From the NCBI RefSeq assembly GCF_009914755.1, contig NC_060930.1: a stretch of DNA of 64,000 bases; one strand, 5' to 3'. This DNA is from the human T2T-CHM13v2.0 reference genome, Homo sapiens. Shown here piece by piece: positions 14,001 through 29,760 of the stretch. Position 1 is the first letter of the stretch. Every line of letters begins with the position of its first letter. The notes under the pieces were generated by a model, which was not told the DNA's origin, ran no database searches, and saw only the letters and a list, made by a program, of their open reading frames with translations. Both the position numbers and the translations under genes were made by a program.

Positions 14001-17000
14001 CTGGAGTGAATGGAACATACTCGACACCCTTGGAGCCAAGCAACTGAGATGGACCATTTTCAATAGACTTCAGGGCCCTATCAGAAAATGCCATCAAATG
14101 ATTCTGTTATGTGTAACAAATACATAGACAGAGAGCAAATGGAAAGGGCCCGGCCAGGGGGCCCCCAGCCTAGACAGCCTCCACACGCCCCCTCAGAGGT
14201 ACCACTTCCCACCACTGCTTTGGCCTGAATACCCCCTCACTCAGCCACTCCTTCTGGCTGCGGCCCCTCCAGCTTCTGCTAGCAAATGTCCCATAGAGGG
14301 TCAAGGGACACTCCTCCTTCTCCCAGGACACTGGCTGCCCAGATCTCCCCCTGCCTGCAGCCGGGGACCTGAATTGGGAGAGGTGAGATATTAGCATCCC
14401 CTGGTCCATTTCAGGCTTCAGGAGCCCCGCCAGCTGCAGGCCAACTTTGGAAGACATTTGTGGTGTGGAGACAAAGCCGAGCCCCGGCTGGTCATCCCCA
14501 CCCGTCGGGGCAGCTGTGCCTGCCAGCCCTGCCTGCCCCTGCCATGCCTGCCACACTCCTACCTGGCCCAGGCTGGAAGGCATCCAGGACAGATCAAAAG
14601 TCCCAAATGAGGATGAATATCTGAAAATGGGCACTGAAAGGGGGCGGAATACACGCACACTAAACTGCATGTAGCTGTCAAAGCATTTGGAAACAACAGC
14701 GGCCTCAAAGCTCAATGTTATATTTCCACACTGTGATCATTAAACGGTAAGAAACAACCGTCCCAAGAAGGACGAAGAGAACCTTGGATGCCATCTGTGT
14801 CAAGCTGTCCCTGGAAAGAAGGAACACTGAGTCCTGAGGGCAAAGGCGAGAATAAACACCGCGCACCCTCAGCCGGGGCCCCGTGTTCCTCCGTGATGTT
14901 CCACTTTTGGAAAGGAAGCTGGCACTTGGGTATGCAACAACCTGCCTTCAAACGCCAGTGGCGGGATTTGTTTTTACATTTACATTTTATTATTTTGTGT
15001 AGAAAATCCTGCTTTTGAACACCTCAAAAATGAAACTGCAAGGAAAAGCCAGTGAGACGCAGGAGGGGTGAGAGGGACTGCGCGGCAGCCGGCGCTCTCG
15101 GGGAGAAGGCCTGCCGCTCTGCTTTCTGCATTTCTTTGCTGGAATTTATTGCTCATCCAAGCACAACTGATAATTGAGTGGGTTACTCCACCAGCTCTCC
15201 AAAAACAATAATGCCACATGTCCAAAATTCCACGGTTGCAAGAACCTTGTATCCAACAAATTATAAAGAGTCCCTCTATGGTAACCATCTCATACCAAAT
15301 AAATCCTCCTGTTGTCACAGACTGGCCACGGTTCTTTCCATTTCTTACGTGGGCTTTGAACAGACCATAAATTCATTGATGAATTAGTCAGATTTTGACC
15401 ACAGTCCTTTCCACAGAGGCTAGGCTAGGTATGATGAATTCAAGCCTAGTGGCCACGCACAGGAAAAATCATACAAATTCCCTCCTCATAAATTGAGGAT
15501 GAGGCATTGTGGGGAAACGCCCGGTGAGTTCTCGCTTATATCAGATTTATTGATCATTTATTAGCTGTTTGAACAAATGGTCCGGAAAACATCCTGCATG
15601 GGTTCTGGTCCAGTGCACCAGCAGCTAACCACGACTGTGGTCAGGTCACATGTGTCCCCTCTGATGCTCAGATGCCCCGGCTCTAAAATTAGTCCCTAAT
15701 AGGCTTCTGGCCTGAAACTCCATGATCTTACCTTGTAATTTGCAAGAAAAAAATCAGGTAATATCTTGGAAGAAATGAGCAAGAAAGACCGAAGAGGAAC
15801 TGATGATGGGAATAACATTGACCCTATCTCCCCTAACAGGAGGGAAAAGGGATCCCTCCAGATTCTGAAATCAGAGTTCATCCTTTCTGATTTCTAGAGA
15901 GATTCTGCAGCCTGAGTTTAGCACCCCAGTAGGCAAAGAGACCTGGGCTGAGATGCACCCCATTCCCCAGGCTGAAAAGAGACCACGGATGGGACTTTTC
16001 TTTACCTGGGAAGAACATACTCATCACCACATCAAAGCCCTCCAAAGGCAGAGAGGCCACATTTTTATTAGTTCATGTCTGCTCCAGTGGCAGATATAGA
16101 GAAACAGTGGGAAGATGATGGGGGAAAGCAAGGTTCCAGGAATGGTCTGGGTGTATCAGTGAACAGCAGAGTCATTATAAATACATAATGTAATGTAGTC
16201 ACAGAAAGGAATTTTTTTTAAAGACATGATACACTGGGTGCATACAAAGAGGCAAACACTGCAGGCTTCGGTGAGAACAAGACGTCCTTTATTCTGCAGA
16301 TCCCAACCTTAGCTCAGCCCCAAAAGAAGACCGCAGACAGTTTGGAGCACCCCAAGTTCAGAGGAACATTGAGACACTGGAAACCTTCCAGAAAGGAGCC
16401 ACAAAGCTGAGTTGCAGGCTGCGAGGGCTGAGCAGTGGAGAGAGGGTCAACAGCATTAAACACTGAGTAAGTGCTGTGGCTGTAAGTCAACCGGGGCAAG
16501 AATGACCTACAAATAATCCCAGGGCCTCCCCGATGAAGAAGGTTTCCATTCTGCCCAGGATGGAGACCTGGGCAGCTGTAGACCACACCCAGGCTCAGGG
16601 CCAAGGAGCCCATGATATATTTATACACTTGCAGCTTCCAGGGCCCGTGGTTGCTGGCCTGCCTGTGCTACGAATAGCAAGGTCAACTGTCAGGGACATT
16701 GTCCTACAGGGGGTAACAAGCTCCAAAAGAAGCAGCCCCCAGGGACAGGGGAGTGAGCCCAGGTTAGTGTCAGGTGCGTTCCCCCCTCATTTCACCCCTC
16801 CTCACTTCCAGCCCTTCCCCCCTTTCCTGTGCGCTCCTTCCTCCCCCCTACTCCTTGCAAGGACCCTTCTGTTACACCAGCTTCCCTAGTCCAGGAGGAC
16901 AATGAGATGATGAAGAGGTTTCCCTGAAGGTGCGAGTAGCTCTGAAAATTCACCTCCGAGAGGGAAGCACCTGTGCAGATAGTGAAGCCAGTGGACTTGG

Positions 17001-18930
17001 TGGCTGGGGACGGTCCTGGGCCACTGTCCTCCCCTGTGTGAGCTCCTCGCTTAGCCTGGAGCCACCGCAGCATCAGGGGCAGAGACCAAGGTCTGCTATC
17101 TTCCGGAACGAGCCGTCTATCCTCCCCTTCCCACAACCATCCCAAGCCTATCCTTCCCTGAAACACACAACCGCTTGCTCTAAATTTTTAAAAAAAGATA
17201 CACAAAGATGTGAGAGAGTTACCTGCTGTTTTCCAGCTTTGAAATCAATGGTCTGAGAGAAAGCAGCTTTCTGGTCCACTAACAGGATTGTTACTTGGAG
17301 CAGCTTAGGGATGGATTACTCATGCCCCAGCTGGGGAACACTCTCATGAGTCTACTTTAAAAAAAATATTACTACTGCATTGGCTAAAAACAACCAAGGT
17401 CCAATTTTATATGAAGTGATAAAATCAGCGTAGAGAAAAATCCATGAGCCAGCAAACCTGGACGAGAGGTCGTGGATGACTTACCTGGGAGCCCAGCTTG
17501 CAGGGTGGCCGGAAAGCACCCCATGCTTTGCTGGTGGAACTGGGGGCCACAAAGGGAGGGGAAAGCCAGAACTCTGGGATCAGAATCTTCAGAACCTGTG
17601 TCTACTCTTCTGCCTTAGAAAGAAGCCTTTAGAAGCAAAAGAATTATCTTATAATTCAGGCTTGGTCAGGGGCACAGGTCCATCCCGCGGTGGTCTCCCA
17701 CCATGGAAAGGCACAGGATGGGACGTCGGCTGACCCGAGCCATGAGTGGGCTGAGGAGGGGAAAGCAGTGCAGCCGGCTTGGGGGCAAGCTGGGGCATGT
17801 GAGTGTGTGTTTCGCAACATTTCCAGCTACCTCGGTTCCCCCTGGCATCCTCCTGCCTTCCTGCAGCCCCTGGCCCTCCTTCTTCTACCTGAGCCTTTGT
17901 CTTGCAGGCTCTGGGATGGTGGGGATCCTCTACACCAGGGTCTCCTGCTCGTCCTTGTACTAAAGCAGCAGCTGGGCATTGTCAGAATGGCTGAAGGAGG
18001 GACTCAGAGAGGCTGCAGGAGGGAGTCAGGCCTGGGGCGGGTGAGGGCTACTGTCCTATGAGACCAGGAGAGCAGATGAAGGACTCCTGAGCCCAGAGAG
18101 GACTTGGCCTGCCCAGAGTTACCCAAGATGCCTGGGGAGGTGAGGCTTGGAGAGCTCATGGAGTGAGTCCCAAAGACCCCAGCAGAGACAGTGGGCAGAA
18201 AGACTCCCGGGCCCTCTCTGTGGGGCTGATTCACCCACGCGACAGCCACAGGGTGGGGAGGGGCTGGCCACAGCGGAGGGGTGCACTGACCTGAGAGCCC
18301 AGTGCTGGGAGGCTGGCTCCGGGCACGTCACCGCCCCCGTCATGTGCTCTCCTTGTGCCGCCGTCCCAGCAGCGCCCCATCTCACCAACTCCCACCTTCA
18401 TGTGTGGCCGCCCACCTAGAGCCATGCCTGAAGCCACTGTCCCTGACCACAAAGCTTTTGGCTGATAGGAAGCATGACAGCACTGGGGCCCTACACTGGA
18501 AGCGGGACCGTCCAGAGAAGAAGACTGCGCACAGGGATCGGGAGCTGGGACACACGTTAGTCAAGGTGTACAAGGGAGGAATCACCGCCATGTGGAGCCA
18601 CTACTCGGGGAGGACGTGGGCCACCCGGAGCTCAGTGACAGTACTCCCGGGAGTGTACATCGTTGGTAATGTCCACGACAGTGTCCCTGCCTGTGACCCA
18701 ATAATTTCCCATCCAGGGACACACTTCACAGAAATGCACGCACAGGCACAACAGCATCGAATGGGAGAGCTGCACAGAGCCTCTTCATAGCATCCCCAAA
18801 CTGGAAGCAACCCAAACATCTAGCGGACACAAATGAGTAGAAAATGAACAAAGGAGCATTATAAGCAATGAAAACAGTGAACCAGAGAGACGCACATGAG
18901 ACAGGCTCCATCTCACAAGCCTGAGGTTTA

Positions 18931-19443
<513 letters not shown>

Positions 19444-19612
19444 TCATAAGGTCTCATTTCCCATATCTCGGGTGGTTTCACTCAGCCATTCATACACAGG
19501 AAAAACATAACAAGAAATGTGTAGACCTTTAGGATGAAACTTCAAAATGCTCCTGAAGAACACAGGGTACAGCTGTGTGGATGGAAGGACAGACCTTACT
19601 CATCTCTTGTTA

Positions 19613-19965
<353 letters not shown>

Positions 19966-22900
19966 TTATATATGAACATCATCTCCATTTTTAAAAGAGG
20001 ATTTTTCTGGAACTAGACATGTAGTTTTAAAGTTAATATGGAGAAAAAAAGGAAGAAGCAAGACAATTCTGAAAAGAAAGAAAAATGAAGAAGGACCAGC
20101 CCTCAGAGGTATTAAAACATATTCTAAAGGTGTTAATTAAATAATTAAAACTGAAAGGCAGACCTGTGGAAAAGAGTCAAAAACTCAGAAGGAGGGTCAA
20201 ATGAATATGTGAAACCAATATATGATCAAGACTACATCTTAGCTTGGTGGCAGTAAAGATGGACTTTTAAATAAAGGAGGCCGGTGCCATCAGGCAGCCA
20301 TCTGGAAAAAGGTAAAGTGGACCCGCCCTTCCCAGAATGTGCCGGAGTAACTCCAAATGTATCACAGATCTAAACATTAGAAAATAGAAGCACAAAAAGT
20401 AGCAGAAAAATTCAAGGTCAGATATCTACCTTTAAAGCCTTGAAGAGGGAGGTCTTTTTAACTGTAACGCAAAACTTCAGTAGCCATTTAAAAAAAGATT
20501 GAGAGATATTGGCTAATCTAAACATAAAAATCAAAAACTTCTATGTGGAAAACACCATAGATAGTATGGATGTGAGATGATATTAAGGAATTATTGTAAA
20601 TTCTCTTGGATGTGATAATGGTATGATGAGTGTATAATAAAACGTCCTTATTTTTAGAAGGTACACACAGAAGTCCTTGGTGTCTAGAAGCACACAAACA
20701 CACACACACATGCCCACACATGAGCACACACACGTGCGCACACACAGAGATAAGGCAGAAGCGGTACCCGATGTCAATTCAAATTGTTGAATTTAGAGGG
20801 TGGACATACAGCTGACCATTGTACTATTCTTTCCATTATTTATTTATGCATAAGAGAAAACTGAAAAATACACCATCAACGAAGTCAAAAGGCAAATGAC
20901 AAACTGGGGAAAAAATGTTTGTAACTCATATCATAGACAAGGGTTAATCTTCCTAATACATAAAGAACTTCTACAAATCAGGAAGAAAAAGTCCAATAAC
21001 CCAATAGGAAGGTGGACAAATGAATAAATAGTTCACAGGAAAAGAAATAGAATGTATGAAAAGAACTCAAAGGAAATTCTAATTCAACTACATTGAGATA
21101 ACATTTCTCACTTATCAGACTGGCAAAATCCAAAAACTGGTCAGCATGTTAGGTTGGTAAGGCTGTGAGGAAACAGTCCATCTCCTTGTGGCTGGTAGGA
21201 GGGCAGGGAGGTAAGACACTGGTGAAGAGGGATTTTCTGTTTATCAGAGCTGTCAGTGCGTGGCCCCATGACCTAGCAATCTGACTTTGGAGATTGACCC
21301 TGTGGATGCTCCCACTTCCATACTTAATGACATATGGCCAAGGCGCTCTGTTGAATCCGTGTTTGTTATGGTCAAGGCTGGCAACAGCACAAGTATCCAT
21401 CTATAGGGGCCGTGTTAAATCAACTGAGGCCTCTCCACCCCATAGAATACCAGGCAATTCTAAAAGGGGAGGCCCTGTGTACAAAGGGGAGACCAACAGG
21501 ATGCCATATTAAGTGAAAAAAAGCAAGGTTGTATTGGTCATGAAAGAATGAAAAATAAGAATTTTCAAAATTATGAATATATTTCCATAAGGGATGGACG
21601 TACTCCCACCTGCCCTCCCACAAAACTAATCGAAGTTATATTTGCTTAGTAGTTATATTTGGCGGTGGGATTTGGACCTGAATGGGAGAAAGGCTTCTCA
21701 ATGCCTATCTTCTTAGGTCTTTTTTCTATTTAAATCATGCTCATGGTTTGCTATTCGAACAATAAAATTTGATTTAAAATAAAAACAGAGAACTGTCAGA
21801 AAAACTCAAGGCTTTCTTTTGATTTTTGAAAAAAGTTTCTTAAATGTTGGTAATACTTATTTTGAAGGGTATTCTATGAGTTGTCAGGTCAAAACCTTTA
21901 CTCTCAACATTTTCCATAACCTTGGTTGTCTCTTAAATTGCGCAAAATAAAGAGCCAATGTTTCAGCGGGTGAGTTTAGTGCTTATAGGGAGCTCACTGT
22001 ACCAATTCAGAGCATGAAAACCCTCTCTTCGGTGGCAAGGAACAGGGGCTTTCCTCTGCGTGTCCCACTGGCCCTCCCACATGGCTTTGCTTGTGGAGAC
22101 ATTGCCCGGCTTCCCCCAGGGGCCCCTGGAACTCTGTCTCGGTAAGCTCATACAATCACCTTTCCAGATAATTCATAAACAAATACGGAGGTGAGAAGAT
22201 CAACAGCACAAGAGTGTTGGCTGTCATTCAACAGAGAGGGAATTAGAATTGCTCCACTGGGTCTTGTCCAAAAAACCAACTCTAAGCACCTCTCCTCCCC
22301 TCTGAGCCACCCCAGTGCCCGAAGGCCACATGTACGGACTCCATTTGTTCTAGTTCTTTTCATAAGAGAGAAGAACCGAGTGTTTCACATGCCTGTAACA
22401 CGGGCAGGAAATGCTAGGATCCATGTGAAACCCACCACCCTCCCCCAGAAGCTCCTGGCTTTAGCATGGAATACTCTGCAGAACGTAGCTGCCGTGAAGA
22501 TGATGGCCCTGAACTGCCACACTCCCCAGCGAGGTGACAGGCTAGGGACTGAGGCTCGGGCAATCCCGCCAAGTATCCCCCCACTCTCCCCACATTCTGA
22601 CACCCTACTGGGGGCTTTCATGCAGGTGAAATCTGGTTAAAAGAAACAGTTGGGAAGAGACTAAAACACTCACCAGAAAGCCCCTGCAGCCAGGAGGAAA
22701 GTGTCTGTAGAAGGAGGTGGTGCATTACCTTGGCCACCGTGGGTTCCCCGACTAGCTCAAGGAGAAAGGGTCTTTCATGGATGCAGCAGCAAAGGTAACT
22801 CTGCCGACCCGGCAGGGGACCATGGCTACTGCTCAGCGCCCACAGGGCAGGGCCTCTCGTGCAGCCGATTGAGCCATTCTCTGCATCCTCAGTCCCCACC

Positions 22901-23589
22901 CGGAGGACAGGTCGGGCACTGGCTCCCTGGAGGGTCGGCACAGCCTCTGAATTCCCGATGAACACCCGGTTGTTCCAGCCAGGTTCTCCCTGGAACAAGC
23001 CAAGCCAACCTCAGCATTTTATTTTCTTCTTCAATTCATCCTCTTAAATTCTTTGCCCTTTTCCATTCTGTGACTTTTGCCTTTTTCTGTTTTCCTTTTG
23101 CAGAATAAAAGAACAAGGCAATATAATTTTTCAATATGGAAAATTAGAGAATTCAGTTTTTTCCCAAATCAGGTCATGTTAGTGTCCAGTTATTTTTCAG
23201 AGCCCTTGTGAAGAGAGTTTCGGGTTGTAAAAAGGTCTGTTAAGTAAAAAACTATTAGTTATGATTGTTGCTCTCCCAGAACCATACCTCTGACGGACTA
23301 GAAGTCACTTCATTCATCAAGCCAGCACTTTTCCCTCCAGACAGCTGGAGCTAGTAATTGCTACTGACTATAGCTCTTGACAAGTGGCATCCACTCAACT
23401 GAGTATGGAAGGCATGGAGGAAACGGAGGACGACACAGAGGCAGGCTGGTGCTCACCTCCATAGCCGGGGTGTAGCCACAGTGCCTTCCTCCTTCCTCTT
23501 GTTTTCAAGGGTTACTATTTCCTACCAATATAAAAATGTAGGTCCGGGGGGTTGCCCCTCTCCCCCTCTTATGTGGTAACAGGCATTGA

Positions 23590-23959
<370 letters not shown>

Positions 23960-24159
23960 ACACTCCTGCTTTTGAAGCAGCAGGCAAATGAGTGCATTTG
24001 TTTGTTGCTGAGAAAGAATGGAGGGCATGATCTGATGAGTCTGTCTGCTCCTCCAGCCTCCCTTTCCCACAGGACCAGGTGCGAGAGCCTGCAGTGCCCC
24101 CAAGGGAAAAATGACCCTGTGGTTCAGGTTTGCATGGTCTAGACCAAGAGTGTAGGCCC

Positions 24160-24429
24160 TGCATGTGTGTGTGTGTGTTCATGTGTGGTGTGTGCGTCTG
24201 TGTGTGTGGTATAGTGAATGTACTGGGTGTATGAGAGTGTGCATGAGGGTGTGTGTTGGGTGTGTGTGCATATGAGTATGTGGTGTGTGAGAGTATGGGT
24301 GTATGTGAGTGTGCATGTGTGTAAGTTGTGTGCAAGTGTATTGGGTGTGTGTCTGCTTATGTGTGTGGGTTGGGTGTGCATGTGTGTATTCAAGTATTGG
24401 TGTGTGTGTGTATGTGTGAGAGAGAGAGA
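24160..24429. repeat. Degenerate (TG)n-rich simple repeat
   Basis: About 270 bp of interrupted TG/TGTA/TGAG units ending in (GA)n. Confidence 0.9.
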
Positions 24430-25305
24430 TCTTCTGGGTGACTGGGCTAAGTGCTGAATTACCAGAGAACCGACGCCAACAAATTCAAATGAAGAATTTC
24501 TTTTTTCATTGATTCAAGAAAGGCTTAATAGCTCTGGCAGAAACTCTCCAGAAAAATTTACCTTTGGGCAGTCATGGCCCAGCACCAGACAAGAAAGCTT
24601 TCAGCCTCAAAGAATTTGGCAGAAAGTTATGAACAAGTGAATAAAGGAGCTGGAAATGAGACTCCATAGATCACTGCCACGAACCTGTTTGCTCCTGTTA
24701 ACACCAGGCAGCGCCGGTTCTAGTCTTGACTCCGGCACAATTCCCCAGGCAGTGAGACTTGGCTCACCTGGCTTGGCAGCTGCAGCGTTACAACCCATGA
24801 AGGCTTTTGTGCGCTTATGTTAAGTGACCTTTATGGAAATATCATGTGCTGTCGACATCACAGGAAAACCCATATACTTATCCTAAAGCCATCTCCATGC
24901 AGAACCTTGCCTGCTCAGAATCAATCCCATGGTAACCCTTCCTGCAAAATATAGACACACATCTAAGAGCAAGTTGTCCTGAGTTCATGGTAAGCGTTTG
25001 TAATGTTCCCGAACTTCCGCCAATCCACAATGTGGAAATTCACGTGAAAGTAAGGACATTTTCCAAAGAATATGTGGCCCCAAACTATCTGTGCCTGAAT
25101 TATCAAGATAATGCGTGCTAATACCCGGCACTGCCTTGATTTATCTGATGACTCGACTCAAGTCTCCACGTCAGTCACACGTCATTAGTTCTCCAAATGA
25201 GCAAAATAAACAAGTCTAAAAGTTAAAAGTATGAAAGTGACTGTCTATCTACTCTATTTTGCCGAGTAGTTAATTGTTATTTCTTACTTGAGTCATCATC
25301 ATCGA

Positions 25306-25619
25306 TTTTTGTTTGTTGGTTGGTTTTTTTGTTTTTTGAAACGAGGTCTTGCTCTGTTGCCTAGGCTGCAATGCAGTGGCACAATCCCGGCTCACTGCGA
25401 CCTCTGCCTCCTGGGTTCAAGCAATTCTCCTGCCTCAGCCTCCTGAGTAGCCAGGATTACAGGCGTACACCACAACACCTGGTTAACTTTTGTATTTTTA
25501 GTACAGACGGTGTTTCACCATGTTGGCCAATCTGGTCTGGAACCCCTGATCTCAAGTGATCTGCCTGCCTGGGCCTCCCAAAGTGCTGGGATTATAGGCG
25601 TGAGCCACCACGCCCAGCC
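25306..25619 (-). mobile_element. AluS SINE
   Basis: T-rich tail, then reverse-complement Alu ending gcgtgagccaccacgcccagcc. Confidence 0.92.
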
Positions 25620-27574
25620 CATCATTCATTGTTAACAAACATTTATCAAGTGTGTGTTCTGGGCCAGGTACTGAGAAGACAAAGATGAATAAGAAACAGA
25701 TGTTGCCCGGCATTATAATTACAATGGGCAGTGAAGGCTATTTTCCTTCACTCTTACCACAAGGCCAATGCTGTACAAGGTGCTTTGCAATTTCATTTAT
25801 TCCCCAACAATTATAGTCAATTCCATTCAAAAAATCTTTGTATGAAACATTGCCAGCAATATGAGAGTGATTGTTCAGAGCAAACCTTCAGTCTTCAAGC
25901 AGTGTTTGGTACAGAGTGGGTATTTGATAAACGGCAGCTGTAATTGTTACTGTTTACTTCTTTCAATTGGGACAGAAATTACATCTCACGGGCTGTCTCC
26001 TAGTACTCAGCACAGTGACTGGCACATAAGAGGCCTTTAACTACAATGCCATCATGTTTTCTCATGGACAGAGATGACTGATATGAAGTCTCAAATTGCG
26101 CAAAGTAAAAGAGGCACATTGAGAATTCATGACTCCCTTGATTGATTGGTTGATTGATTGACTCCCCTTCCAAAAGCCCATTTTAGAGCAATCTTTTAAA
26201 CATACTATTATGATCTGGTGGCTGGGCATGTGACACTGTCCACACAAGACATATGAACAGGGAAGGAAAAGCCACAGCATTTCAACAATAGTCATTACAA
26301 GACTGGGATTGGCCGGCAGTGAACTTCGGCCAAGGCACTCCTGAAATCTTTGTGTTTGGTAACTGAGGTGGAGATGATTATCAACGCACCCAGAAAAGCA
26401 AGATCAAAGGGAAGTCACTACGAGTTTCTTTCTTCTCTTGGCAACTCCAGGTCTCATTCACCTGTGCACTGCCCACACCAGGCAGCGTCTGCTCCTCATC
26501 ATGGTTAATAAATGCTTCTTACACAATCAGGCATGAGAGAGGAGCGTGTCCATTTCAGTGCCTGAAAACCAGGCAATGATCCCCTAATACCTACTTAAAG
26601 AGAAAAGAGAGCAACCATCACTTCACTTACGCAAGACAACGGGAGGGAATCTTTCATTTCATTGTGGCCGCCACCCTGCCTGCCCTCTATCCATGAGGGA
26701 AACAACACCAGAAACCAAGCACTGGGGCAGCACCTCAGCCTCGGACACTCCCTGTGTATTCTGTGCACCATCCATCCAGTCCTTATCGGGGTGTTTCCCA
26801 AAATAAGCCTAGAGAACACAAATCCAGGAGATCATCCCATGGTCAACTCTGTGAGACGCCTTCCATACCTTGTGATTTCAAAAGGTACATTAGCTGCTGA
26901 AGGCTCTGGAAAGGTCTGCAGCAGGAAACAATTCAACGTCGCTCATAATTCCCAAGTTTATACAATTGCATAACCCGTGTTGCTGGTTCTCTACGGCACT
27001 CAGCTTAGGGAATGGTGCCCTACGGGGGCAGCGTCATAATCTCACTTAGGAAAAAGTTGATAAACCTCCCTTTTCATGAAAATGTGAAAAGGCCACATGA
27101 AAGAGATCCTTTACGTGAAATATTTTTCCCTAATATAGCCCAAGAGGGCAAAAACGCCATCCCTAAGTGAAATTATCCTCTCCCCCAATTTGTTGAACAT
27201 GCTCATATTCCTAGTTCAACGATGATGAAATGCTGGTCTTTAGGACATCCCAGAACTCTGTTATTGTTGGCAGGTAAATGAGGCTTAACACCAGGTCCTT
27301 CTGCACACCCAGGGATGCAGAAGGTGTTTGGTGGGTGATTTCCTTGATGGATGTAGAAAGACAACCTGGAGAGACAAGCTTGAAAGACTTCAAGGGGCAA
27401 GAAAAGTAAAGAGTTATTTCCCAAGTCATGTCTTCACCAACAAAACACTGTATAAATGCAATTAATTTTTTTAATGGTTTGACATTAGATAAGACCCAAA
27501 ACTCACTTCCTAGGAGTTAACCATTATCCACAATCAACAGATCTTAAAAATGCACATTGGCTGCATCAATATAT

Positions 27575-28500
27575 GATCAGCCCTCATGACCCACAGATTC
27601 CATATATGTAAATTGTTCTCCTAACTAAAACTTATTCGTAACTCCCAAATCAACCCTGGTGCTGCTTTCCCAGTTATTCGTGGACATGTGCTGAGCGGCA
27701 AAACGTTGGAGTTTCCTGATGTGCATGATCCTGGCTGACCATGCCACGCTCCAGCTCATGTGGTAAACACGCACCCTGTCCACAGCTGATTGAGTGCCCC
27801 ATTTTCACGCTTGTGTTGGTGGTTTCAAGTCCAGGGTAGCCCCAAACACAGTGCTGAGCTATGTAGTGTTTCTGAGCACAGAAGGCGAGAAGCCAGGTGT
27901 GTCGGTGAAACTCCATTCAGGCACAAGTGCTGGTGGTGTCACTCTGAGTTTAATGTTCATGAATCAAAATCATATATTAAATATAGTGACCTTAAACAAG
28001 AACACACATAAAACAAAGTGTAGGTCAGGCATGGTGGCTCACGCCTATAATCCCAGCATTTTGGGAGGTCGAGGCAGGAGGATTGCATGAGCCCAGGAGT
28101 TTGAGACCAGCCTAGGCAATATAGTGAGCCATCATCTCTATGAAAAAAATTTTTTTTTTATTAGCCAGGCATGGTGGTGTGTGCCTGTAGTCCCAGCTAC
28201 TCGGGAGGCTGAGGTGGGAGGATCACCTGAGCTTGGGAGACAGAGGCTGTAGTGAGCCATGATAGTGCCACTGCACTACAATCTGGGCAGCATAGTGAGT
28301 CCCTGTCTCAAGAAAAACAACAACAGAAAAAAAACTAACAAACAAAAACAAAGTGTAGTGGTCAGTGGACAAAAATGTGACCAGAGGCTTGCAGGAACCC
28401 AACCCTGTGCTTCTCCTAGGAGCAATGGCTCATGATGTGCTGAGTCAGTGTTCGTGGTGACTTTGCAGAACGTAACTACCGCGATCATGAGAATCAGGTG
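27575..28500. mobile_element. TcMar-Tigger DNA transposon (MER82-like), split by an AluJ
   Basis: Segments match a recalled consensus (cacagattccatat..., cttattcgtaactcccaaatcaa, ttgcaggaacccaaccctg..cctaggagcaatgg). Family assignment is tentative. Confidence 0.5.
28023..28345 (+). mobile_element. AluJ-type SINE
   Basis: Dimeric Alu (gaggattgcatgagcccagg, gagccatgatagtgcc). AAAACAAAGTGTAG on both flanks (TSD). Confidence 0.9.
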
Positions 28501-29317
28501 TTGTATTTGGATAGCAATGAACAAAGTTTCTGTCAAGAAAATGTCTTACAGAAGTTGAACAGGATGGTTTCAAGAAAGTGAACAGACTATGGGTGAGCCT
28601 GGGTGCTGTGAGATGCCAAACCTGGGGAAGAAAACAGAAGCCGTCATCCGGCTGCCAGGCATTCTTCCTCGGGCCCTTTCTGATAGGGCATGCAGGTAAA
28701 TGTGCTATTTGCACTCAATCTGCAGCCAGTCTGTCAACCCTGTGTGTGACGCTGTCTTCTTTCTAATTCTTTCTCATTCTACCCTCAGCAGTTTTTTTTT
28801 TCAATTCCTAACAGAAACAACCAAATGATGCCCCAGATGCAAAACAGTATTCCCAGCAGGGTGGCTGCCATGCTAAAATATTGTTCTTTTCTCGGCTAAT
28901 TTGTGGTCAAGATCTACTACATTCGAAACATCATGACAATAAAGTACGGCTGTAATCGCAAGCAGCTTTAGGAAGGTCTGCAGGCATCAGCAGACATTTT
29001 TCACACAGCAGTCTCCCCCTTTTCTCTAAAGAATTTTGGAGATCATTTCTGAATGAGGCCAGGCTCACCTAACAGTGGCTGCATCACCTGCAGCTGCGCC
29101 AGGCCAGGCCATGCAGCTTCCACTGACTTCAAGGAGAACTGGGCAACATGGCAGAGGGTCGAGTCCACACAGACAAAGCTCCTGGCAACATCAGTCATCA
29201 CAGCTCAGCCATCATGGAACTCCACAAACACCAGCGTGGCCCACATTCAATTCTGGAGGACAAAAAGCTCAACATCTACAGTCCTACTTCCTTCCGGTAT
29301 ACTCTACCTACCCCTCT

Positions 29318-29318
<1 letters not shown>

Positions 29319-29366
<48 letters not shown>
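29319..29366. repeat. (CA)24 microsatellite
   Basis: Perfect CA dinucleotide run. Confidence 0.97.
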
Positions 29367-29370
<4 letters not shown>

Positions 29371-29430
29371 AAACATCCTCAGCAACATGGATCTTGCTTA
29401 ATCTTTAATAAAATACAAGCTTCTTCCCAT

Positions 29431-29760
29431 GCAGCCATAGAAAAGAATGAAATCATGTCCTCTGCAGCAACATGGATGGAGCTGGGGGCCATTACCCTAA
29501 GAAGCAGAAAATCAAATATCTTATGTTCTCACTTATGAATGGGAGCTAAACAATGGGCACACGTGGACATAAAGATGGAAATAATAGACATGGGAGACTC
29601 CAAAAGCGGAGAGGATGAGAGGAGGGGGAGGGGCAAAAATACCTATTGGGTACCATGTTCAATATTTGGGTGTTGGGTACATTGGAAGCCCAGTTCCCAC
29701 CATGACACAACAGACCCATGTATCAAACATGCATGTGTACCCCGGAATTTAAAATAATTT
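29431..29760 (+). mobile_element. L1 (L1MA/L1PB-type) 3' end
   Basis: gcagccatagaaaagaatgaaatcatgtcc...gcaacatggatggagctgg...atgttctcactta...catgtgtacccc..ttaaaataa. Confidence 0.85.
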
